A program made the position numbers and the translations under genes. 64,000 nt of DNA, from NCBI GenBank assembly GCA_964016885.1, contig OZ024741.1:344906001-344970000 (forward strand), given 5' to 3'. Below the pieces are notes generated by a model. It worked only from the letters and a program-made list of their open reading frames with translations, had not been told where the DNA came from and did not search any database. Shown one piece after another: positions 53,136-64,000 of the stretch (positions are counted from its first letter, which is position 1; each line of letters begins with the position of its first letter). Source of the DNA: Eledone cirrhosa (taxonomy: Eukaryota).

Positions 53136-54158
53136 TAGGTAATTCTAAAGAAAATGCAAAGGAAAAAAGAGTGCTCTATGTATAGAACAGAGCTATTTAA
53201 TTAGAAAGTGAACAACACAAAATATAACTACTCCATATTTTCTATCCATAACATCTCTGTCTGATGAACAATCCAGACGTATATTAATATTGTCTAGAAT
53301 CCAGAAACCTTTGGTAATGGAGTAGTTATATTTTGTGTTGTTCACTTTCTAATTATATATATATATATAATCATCATCATCATCATTTCATTTTACGTCC
53401 ACTTTTCCCTGCTTGCAAGGGTGGGACGGGAACTGATTCTGGCTTGATTTCTACAGCTGGATGCCCTTCCTAACACCAACCTCATTTACAGTGAGTGGTG
53501 GGCGCTTTTTTGCCATGGCACCTCCACGACCACTTTGCAGTGGAGTGATATGGACCCCAGTCCTATCATCTCATTTCTACAGCTGAGTAAACTGGAGCAA
53601 TGTGAAATAAAGTGTCTTGCTCAAGGAAACAACACATCACCCAGTCTGAGAATTGAACTCACAACCTTTCGATTGCAAGGCCAATGCTCTAACCACTAAG
53701 CCATGTACCTCCATATATATATATATATATGAGTGTGTGTGTGTGTATGGTCCTATAACTCTTGATAGAGTCACAGGGGCGCCGTATTAACATACAGCAT
53801 TTCTTGGGCATTTTAAGCCTGGCGGAGCCCATCCCTCTCCAGGCCTGAGTACAGCAGATTTCTTCCAGAGAAAGATTTCTTCCAGCTGTAGAAATGAGAT
53901 GATAGGGACTGGGGTCCTTATCACTCCACTGCAAAGTGGTTGTGGAGGTGCCACGGCAAAAAAGCACCCAGCACTCACTGTAAATGGCATCCAGCTGTAG
54001 AAATCAAGCCAGAATCAGTTCCCGTCCCACCCTTGCAAGCAGGGAAAAGTGGACGTAAAATGATGATGATAATGATATATATATATATATATATATATAT
54101 ATCATCATTTTCATTTTACGTCCGCTTTTCCCTGCTTGCAAGGGTGGGACGGGAATTG

Positions 54159-54233
<75 letters not shown>

Positions 54234-54289
54234 ATAACAAAGCATATGACATGGTAGGAAAAGAGTCTTAATGTTTCGGATGGTAGGAA

Positions 54290-54584
54290 GAGAAACACCT
54301 GGATTCGACAGCAGACTGAAGTGAAGAACATAATCAAGACCATCAAAAGGAGCAAACATAGATGGCCTTGCTATGTCTTTCCTCTCAAAGATAACAGGTA
54401 GACTACTAGATTGACAGAGTGGACATAAAGGCAGTAGAGAAGAACTAGAGGGCAGCCAAAGACAAGATTGCATGATGATCTGACCTGATATCTTAGCTCC
54501 ACATGGCCCAGTATGGCCAGAAATAGGAAGTGGTGGAGTTCAACAAGAGATGGGTTCCTCCAACAGGAATGAGAAGGATTTGGA

Positions 54585-54590
<6 letters not shown>
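54290..54590 (+). pseudogene. Old RTE C-terminal fragment
   Basis: WIRQQTEVKNII..KHRW..DNR..TEW..RTRGQPKTRLHDDL. Confidence 0.6.
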
Positions 54591-54633
<43 letters not shown>

Positions 54634-55404
54634 AACTTTTACAGTTAGCAACAGCGAGATTCCTAGTAAGGAACGATCGACTTTCGTCAAATTGGACCAA
54701 GGAAACAATGTTTCTGTTGGTCTTTCCAATTGCTAATACTATCTATCGGTCGCAACTCCAGGTAGAAGGAGCAACGTGAAATAAAGTGTCTTGCCCAACG
54801 ACATAACGCATCGCCCGGTCCAGGAATAGAACTCACAATCTCACAATTGCGAATCTAATTCTCTAACCACTCAGCCACACGTCTTCACTTCCTAGTAAAG
54901 TAACCTAAAATAAGACTGCCTTGCCATTAACCTCACCTTTACCACGATTTTAATTGTCTGTTTTATGTGTCAATACTGCCTTGACAATTGAAACTATGGT
55001 AAGGGCAAGATTAATGGCAAGGCAGTCTTATTTTAGGTTGCTTTACTAGGAATCTAGCCTTTGCTAGCTTTGTAAAAGTTATTCTATATATATATATATA
55101 TATATATACCCTTCACTGAAAAGATAATTTTAGCTATCTTTACACTGATATCTTCTGTACATCAGTGACAATAAGCTCCTGTATGATTGAAATATAACCC
55201 ATGCAAGGATGGAGAACATACATGAAAGTAGAGTGAAATTATTATTACACATTTTTAAAGCTTTTTTTTTTTTTAGTTTTTCCTAGCTCTTTACATTTTG
55301 AGTTTAAATCATATTGTGGTCGATGTTGTTTTTCAGCCTCTGGGGGTCAATATAATCAGCTGTTCCCTCTCCTCAAATTTTGGACCTGGTGCCTCTGTCA
55401 AAAA

Positions 55405-55422
55405 TTATTATTGTTGTTATTA

Positions 55423-55499
<77 letters not shown>

Positions 55500-55500
55500 T
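55405..55500. repeat. (ATT)n microsatellite; many (TA)n/(CA)n tracts elsewhere, e.g. 5780-5990, 18230-18600, 48500-48960, 61930-62050
   Basis: Direct inspection. Confidence 0.95.
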
Positions 55501-55605
55501 TCATTGCTGTTGTTGCTTCTTTTTTTGTTTTCATTTTTTGTTGTTGTAGTTTCTTTTTGTTTTGTTTTGTTTTGTTTTTTATTGTTTTCTGTTTTTGGCA
55601 ATTAG

Positions 55606-55717
55606 GCCTTCACCTTGTGCTCATTCCAAAGTACGATGACCCATCTAAGGCCGTGCTTGCTGCCTGCACTGAGACTGACCTGCTCCGATTGGCTGCACAA
55701 GAGGTCAAGTCGGGTCT
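55606..55717 (+). CDS. Myt1: Myt1 exon after finger 3 (GLHLVLIPKYDDPSKAVLAACTETDLLRLAAQEVKSG); donor uncertain
   Basis: Long pyrimidine tract and ttag| acceptor, phase 1 fits; coding-like GC content; candidate donors after 55703, 55713 or 55717. Confidence 0.75.
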
Positions 55718-58379
55718 GTAATGTAAAACTACTTCATTCATTTCCTTTCGTTCATTCGCTTCTTCTTTCTCATCTCTCATAACTCACATATCCCTCCCAC
55801 ATTCTTTTCATCCATCTATCTGTCTATCTCTCTATCTATCTAGCCTTCTATCTATCCACCTATCTATATACTTATATATATAGAGATATATATATATAGC
55901 CTTCTATCCATCAAAAAAGACTCATCATGAACTTGTTGAGGTCTGTGGAGGAAAACCTGGCAGACATGAGCGTGGCTGGCCTTACCTGTGAACAGGTTTG
56001 TGACATGACTTCACTACTGTGTGGAATGGATATCTCTTGTCACCCAGTGTTCAATAAGAAGCAAAAGGAACTAAATAAGAAGAATATGTTTACTTTTAGA
56101 AATGTAAATGTGAGAAAGAGGACTTAATAAAAGCAGTAGGGTTAATTTATTTAAGTAAAGTTCAATACGTCCCTGTGTATAGTGTTATTCAGAACTATAT
56201 ATGAGTGTAATTGTTCAGGTATGTCATTTATAGTCAAAGATGACTATGACTTCAATGTTAGGTGAAGAATCTTTGTCTTTGGATCTGGTGAAGGTAACTG
56301 GTGAGGCCATTCCAGGCCTGAAAACCAAACCCACAAATTCAGGTAGTGTGTAAATCGATGCTGAATGGGAAGGTAGGCAGTGTTGTTTGGGGTTCTTGTA
56401 TCCTGTTTGTTAGCAATGGTCAATTAGTGAGATTCGGTGGTCCGCATTTTGTTTAGATGGCATGTATAAGCTAACCTCCATTTGACCAGCGATTTTTTGG
56501 TCACATATTCCTTGGCTTTTATTTGAGTATACCACCACCCTATCAATACAATAACCTTGTGCTTAGAACAATAAAAAAAAAACAGAAGTCAGGTGTAGGT
56601 AGATAGTTCATTGTTTTACGATTGTTTCAGACGGTCGATTGATTGATGGAAATCAATGTATTGATTAGCATGGTAGTTGTTAAGTTAATACCTATTTCTA
56701 GTCTCAAAATCCCTGTTCAATCAGCTGTCCTCCTTAGAAAGATATATATATAATGTATATATATATATATATAATATATATATATATATATAATGCATGT
56801 ATAAATATATTATTTATATATAGATATTTACCTTTATTTCCTCTATATCATTGATTTCCTTTCTTCTCTTTCTTATTTCCCTTTATCAGACATACTGTCT
56901 TTTCTCTAGCTTTATAACTTCAACTGATCCTTTATATTCAATACTCATCTTTTCTTCTAACTTGTCTTATTAGCTTCATATCTCATCTGCTCCTTACATT
57001 GAATTTTAACATTATATTAAGCTTGCAATCTTGTCTTAAATTGTTATCTTATCTTTAACCATGCTATCATATATTATTAACATTTATCTTTTTTCTAAAC
57101 GTTAGTATTTGCAATCTTATCTTAATCTCATTAACTTCTGGCAACATTGTGGAATTTTGTCTTTGCCTGATATCATTTCACTTTCTTATTCTCACATTTC
57201 ATTTTAACTTAGTTATCTTGTCTTTATTTTTCTCTATTATTAGTGCTTGATAATTTAAAAACTTACATTTGCAAATTTTCTATTTTTTTACTTTCCATAG
57301 TTTCTCTAACATTGTATTTTAACCTTTCCATCTGCTAGCTTTGCTATTTCAAACTTTTCTTCACATATGAGATCTTGTTTTTTTTGTTTGTTTGTTTTTT
57401 TTGTTACATCCTATTGTAACTTTACTTATTTTGTTTTATCAAGATATCATGAGATATCATCTTTCCCTTGGACACCTAAGTCTTAACTTGATATATTATT
57501 ATAAACTTGTCTTAGTCTTTAACTTGGTATTTTCCAACTTAACCTGTTTGACAGGTTTTAACTTTACATTACATTTTAGTTTTTTGTTGTCATCTTTTGA
57601 TATGTCTTTTTTTTTAAGTTTATTTTAAGACGTCTTATTTTTCCTCCACCTTATGTCTTCTCATCTTTACTGTCCTGTCACAATCCTACTTTCTTATCTT
57701 GACTAGATGTTGCAATTTTTATCTTAAAATTGTGACAACTTGTCTATTTGAAATATCTAATATCTGTTATAAAAACTTTGCTGTTTCTCCATCAGTCAGT
57801 GTCCCTTACCTTGAATGATACTGCTGACAATTTTTTCTCTCTTTGGTATCTTGTATTAAATTTGACATTCTGAGTAAATATTGATATTTTGGTGCATCTC
57901 AGTTTCTAACACATCTACCACATTCGTTTTATAATACTTAACATCACACTTCATCAGGCTTCAAGAGCTCATCTTCAATTGATATAACAAGTGTTTTAAA
58001 GCCATCTTATCTGCTAGATCAGGGCTTAACCTTATGGGCCTCTTGACAAGCTTTTCCATTTTCCCTAACATCTTCATTGCTCCTCACCAATCCCCTAGGT
58101 TTCATTTGCTCCTCTATCATCTTCTCATCATCCTCATCCTCTTTCTCTACTTTCTCATTAATTTCTTTCTCTTCTCTCACTCAGTATTTTCCTCTTTCCT
58201 CAACACACAATCCATTCATCTCATTCCATTCCTCTTTTCAACATTCATCACTGGCTCTATTTCTATCACTCTCTGCAATTCATTGTTTTTCATCTTCTCT
58301 CTCAGTGATACTCCACATTCATCCACTGGATGATTCTTATTTCCATTCTTGATATTCCCTGTTAACCATAATATCTACT

Positions 58380-58870
58380 CTTAACATTAATATTCTGTCT
58401 AAAAATTAATATCTTGTCTTAACATAGATATATTGCCTCATCATTGATATCTTGATATCAATATCTTGTTTTAACATTGATATTTTGTCTTAACCATGAT
58501 ATCTAGTCTTAACTATGATACATGTTTTAACATTGATATCTTGTCTTAACTTCAACATCTTGTCTTATCAATATCTTGTCTTAACCATATCTTGTCTTAA
58601 CTCTATCTTGTCTTAGACCTATCTTATCTTAACCCCAACATCTTATCTTAACCTCAGCATCTCGTCTTAACCACAACATCTTGTTGTAATCTCAATGCCC
58701 TGTCTTAATCTATATATCTTGTCTTAACCTTAATAACTTGTCTTGACCCCAACATCTCTTAACCTCAATAACTTGTCTTGACTCCAACATCCTCTCTTAA
58801 CCTTGATATCTTGTCTTGATCTCATCATCTTCTCTTAACTTCACCATCTCTTAACCACAATATCTTCTTT
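58380..58870. repeat. Degenerate minisatellite (about 15-20 bp) with core atcttgtcttaac
   Basis: More than 20 imperfect recurrences of the core. Confidence 0.75.
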
Positions 58871-59637
58871 AAACTTGAGAAACATAATGATACAATTGAT
58901 TTACTATGACTTGCATGCTGCTGCTTTGGTGCTATGAACCCTATCTTAATTTGCCAGGTTAATATTATGTTGTTAAATTTTAATAATAATCTCTGTATTT
59001 TGTTTTATCTCAGCTGTTTTATTTCACATTGTCCTGTAGTTTGCATGTATTAGAGTATTCTATATATATTGATATGTATGCATTGTTATAATACTGTGTG
59101 TTGTCTGTGCTTGTGTGTAATTGTTTCCTAATATGTAAGTATATTATTAACCTCATATTTTATGTAACTATATATATATATATATATATATCATTATCAT
59201 CATTTTACATCCACAGTTCCATGCTTGCATGGATTGGATGGGTCCTTTTCAGTACACCATCTCTCTCATATATATATTTGTATGTGTGTGTGTGCGTGTA
59301 TTTATCATTACATCCATTTTCATTGATATATATATATATATGTATATATATATTAAGAAAGAATAGCGATGGTTTTACATATTCAACTTCAGTTTATTGT
59401 CTTGCATCATACCTGTTATGTATATTTCAAAGGCATTAAAATGCCCCCATGTAATAGTTATTTAATGCATTGTTGTCTGACAGGTACTGAAAATGTAACA
59501 ATGTTTTATTGTTGTTTGGGGATGCCGGTGAAGGGATGCTGTTCATTCTGGGTTACAGTAGGCATGATGTTGAGTGCTTATGATGAATTACGCCTATGTT
59601 GGTTGGCTGCTTGGATAAACCAACAAAAAGTATTGAA

Positions 59638-59672
<35 letters not shown>

Positions 59673-60402
59673 TATATATATAGCATATGTGTGTGTGTGT
59701 ATAAAAAGAAAATTCATAACTTTTAAGATATCTCCACTAAAAGACGCCTTTCTTTCTTTATTTTTCTTTCTCCTTTTAGTAAGGATTTATCTATCAAAAT
59801 CTCAGAAACCGCTTTTTGACAAATGTAACCCCCCCCCCCCCCGACCCCCTTTCAATCATGTTTATATTTGTATTTTTTTTTATTACTTCCTTCTTTTATT
59901 CTTTTTTTTTTCTGCAAACCCTAAAAATAAACTTGTACTCTTGACAAAATGAAGTCCCCCCCCCACACACACACATACATGCATGCATGCACACGCGCAC
60001 ACACACACACAAACATCTCAAGAAGAAGGAAAAACCTTATATCCATTTTACCTATTTTTACAAATTCAGAAAATAACTTAAGCTCTTGACACAATGGAAC
60101 CCCATCTAAACACACACACACAATAGAACAACAAAAAGCCCTCTGGTCATATTTTTCATATCAAGAGAATTTTCTAGTGAATCAATTGAATTTGAACCTG
60201 TTCAACTGCCCATAGAATATGAGAACAAACTTTTTTAATATTTGATAAGAATGACATACTATTTGAAACCGGTAATATTTGACAAAGTTGAAATCCATTT
60301 ATATAGATATTTTCCAGTCAGATTAAAGAAAAAATACTCTTTAAAGATACGCCAGTATTTTTTCACTTTTAGTTTTTACCTATGTGTGTGTGTACATGTA
60401 TG

Positions 60403-60495
<93 letters not shown>

Positions 60496-60674
60496 AATGC
60501 ACAAGCAGGGGACAATCCCTTCTTCAGTTGTCTGCTGGAGATCACAAACATTTCAACACATTACAGACAATATGTCTAACTCCAATGCGTCAATAACTTT
60601 TGGAAGTTATTGCTTTCCTTTTATTTTTAAATACACTTTATCAAGTAACCACACAGCTCCCTGTTTCTTCCAAA

Positions 60675-60734
<60 letters not shown>

Positions 60735-61002
60735 CATACATATATATATCATTTGTGTGTGTGTATGTGCATGTATGCACATACATATATACATACATAT
60801 ATATATCATTTGTGTGTGTGTATGTGCATGTATGACTATGTGTATATGTGTGCATTTCTTGATAGCTAGATTATTCCTGAATACAGAATCTTAATTGAAA
60901 TGCATAATTTATAAATCACTCGTGGGCAAAGACTAAGTGAAATCCCATGGATTTGTTCACTAATGTATGCTGATGAATGGCATCTATAAATATGTATGTG
61001 TG

Positions 61003-61082
<80 letters not shown>

Positions 61083-61113
61083 TGTATATATATATATATA
61101 TATTTACACACAC

Positions 61114-61152
<39 letters not shown>

Positions 61153-61219
61153 TATATATGCATATATGCATATATGTTTGTCTTTACTTATTATTTCCTT
61201 CTGTTCTATTCCACTCTAG

Positions 61220-61252
61220 ATATTCTTGCAAGTAAAAGAGATGAAACCAAAG
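61220..61252 (+). CDS. Myt1: Probable 33-nt Myt1 exon ([11 protein letters not shown] in phase 1 or [11 protein letters not shown] in phase 0)
   Basis: Pyrimidine-rich ctag| acceptor and consensus AAG|gtaagt donor; frame not resolved. Confidence 0.5.
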
Positions 61253-61318
61253 GTAAGTCTGCTTTAGAAACCTTTATTTGGCCTCACCTGTAAATATTTT
61301 CCCTTGCATATATGTATG

Positions 61319-61370
<52 letters not shown>

Positions 61371-61941
61371 CATATTGTTATACTTGGGGAGGGTCATATT
61401 TGTGTAATGATATTGCCAGAATTAATAACAGAACACACTCACTGTTTGGTTGGTTAATTTAATTTATTCGGTCCTCAATGTTACCATTGTTTTACCAACA
61501 GACACCCAAACATGAACACACATCAAACACTATACACATACGCAAACACATGCGCAGAGAAGACAAAAAATATAAATAAACAGACTAAATAAAGATGGCG
61601 TAGGCATACAATACAACAGGAGGAAACATAATAGCACCACTGACGATGTTACAGATGTGCAACGAAAGAACTTTGTTAGACTATATATATGTGTTTGTGT
61701 CTATATTATATCTGTATTTTTGACCGTTGGTCAGTTAATGGTAACATTGAGGACCAAATAAATTAAATTAACCGATATAAAAGACACAGAAGCAAAAACC
61801 AACCAAACAGTGAGTGTGTTCTGTTATTAATTCTGGCAATATTACACAAAAATGACCCTCCCCAAGTATAACAATATTTGTTTCGACACACGATTTCATA
61901 TCAAAAACCTCGCAAAACTAATTCATCGCCATTATATATAC

Positions 61942-62053
<112 letters not shown>

Positions 62054-62940
62054 CCGGTTGGTTGGTTGGTTCAATAACCGGATAGCTGTTTATATATTGT
62101 CAAAGCTCTTCCGTCACACATTCTGTGACCTCCTCAGTGACTGGGTTTTTATTTCATCAGGTTATCGAACCAATGAACCAACTGATTCATTATAATAAAC
62201 ATATATATGTATGTATGTATATAATGTGTTAAGCAACTGCTATATATGTTTGGCCACACCTCTAAATCTTTGGCCATACCCTCTAAATCTTTGGTTACAC
62301 CTGTAAAAGAAGAAATCCTTATCATTATTGTTATTAGTCACCTAAAGATATTCATCTACAATTTTCCAACACAATCTAAAATTATGGTGGCAACAATGAT
62401 GGCTGTAATAATGGTGATAGTGGTATTTGTTTTAGCTACTGATGCTAATGATGGTGATGATGATTTAGGTTGGCTGGAAATGATGGTGGTGCCAATGTCG
62501 GTATTTGTAGTGTTAATCAAAAGCTGATATGAATGAAACTGTTGTTGTGTCAGTAATGATGGATGGTTTGAGCACTGATCAAGTTGGGAGTGCTTTCAAA
62601 TGTCCTTGCTCTTGATGCTGTTGTTGTTGTTTACTCCTATATTAGCTTGATTAATCTAATTATCAAAGATATTCAAATATTCTGGCCATCCTATCATATA
62701 TATATATATATTAGAGAGAGAGAGAGAGAGAGAGACAGAGATACTCTGTGGTGCTGAGACCAAGGAAACTACTAAACATGGGAGTATTAAATGCATGGAG
62801 AAATGCAGAGTGGGTATAGAGATATGTAAAATCCTGACCTTGGCGCCTAGCAGTTTCAGCCTTTTTAAGGCTTGTTGAACACTCAAGCCAAAACCGCTTA
62901 GCAACCACAGTCTGGATTTTACGTCTCTCTCTCTTTCTCT

Positions 62941-62981
<41 letters not shown>

Positions 62982-63392
62982 AAAGGCAAATAGAAATAAC
63001 AAAACATATGACACAGTATAATGAAGAAATGTATTATTATTTTTACGCTTGATGTAGTAGGAAAATAGTGTTAATGTTTGGAATGCTAGTCCTCCATCAG
63101 AAAATTAATGAGAAATCAAAGAAGAAATAGAAAGATAAGGGAGAGTGGGCGGTGGCAGAAATGAAAAAAAATTTTAGAAAAAAACAGGTTCATTCAAGTC
63201 ACCATCTCTTGAAAAACTGTTGATTCTGGCATTGTTGTATAAGTTGATCTTGTTTTAAAAGGCAGTGATTGAACACGTCTAGCTGAAAAGGAAAATAATA
63301 TTGTTTTGTATAGAGAGCGTGTGTGTGTGTTTGTAAGTCTGTTATTTGTCTGTACAAAGCTAAGAGGAGGTGTGTGTATATATAAGTTTAAG

Positions 63393-63428
<36 letters not shown>

Positions 63429-64000
63429 CATGCACACGTGTGTATGTTTTGTTGTAAGTACAAAGCTGTGAGGATATGTGTGTGTATATGCTTATGAGGG
63501 TGTGTGTGTTAATTGTTGGTCTGTGCGTGTTGTTGTTGGTCTGTACAAGCTGTAAAAGTGTGTTTCTGACTGCAATAGAGCCATAGGAAGGAACCTAGGG
63601 GATAAATGTGTGCACGTGTGTGACAGTGGAAAAGGTAAGGGTGATAATGGCTAGATGTATAGAAGTAAGAGTAAGCGTATGTGTGCAATATATATATATA
63701 GCCTTACAATGAAACGTTATGTGATATGACTGAAGGCAAACAATTGTAGTTTGTCCCTTCACTTATTTAAATACACTAAACTTGGTGTTGGAAACCTGTC
63801 AACTCATCTTAGTGTAGTGGTCTTTAAAGCAGTTGACTAGTCTACAACAGATACATAGTTTCATTCCTGTAGGTGGTTCTGTCACATTTTCTATCATACA
63901 TCACATGTATAATCTTAACCCTTTATATTACATGTACACACACTTACACATGCATATAGTGTATTGGTGTGTAATGTTGAAGAATCCACAAGTCAGATGA

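Noticed and set aside
59780-59824. Possible exon after tccttttag
   Set aside because: Good acceptor but weak donor (T|gtaacc) and no recognisable Myt1 motif

Overview
AT-rich, microsatellite-dense animal genomic DNA. The repeat landscape of (TA)n/(ATC)n tracts, tRNA-derived SINEs and RTE LINEs suggests an octopus or other coleoid cephalopod (inference). The window lies inside one + strand gene, a Myt1/Myt1l/ST18-family C2HC zinc-finger neural transcription factor. I can thread about 12 phase-compatible coding exons from 795 to about 61252, including three CCHHC fingers, each split by a phase-2 intron, and one 4.4-kb low-complexity exon. The start and end of the gene lie outside the window. 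Introns carry RTE LINEs with a PHD-like finger, an irritans-type mariner, a DD37D/maT transposon, piggyBac-type MITEs, two SINE groups and four tandem arrays (17, 33, 43 and 52 bp units). The most interesting signal is a set of type I hammerhead ribozyme (HHR) folds from several unrelated repeat families, probably Penelope-like. Two apparently complete folds lie on the pre-mRNA strand about 600 bp apart, and one has the compensatory U3-A8 core variant. All structures were folded by eye, not computed.
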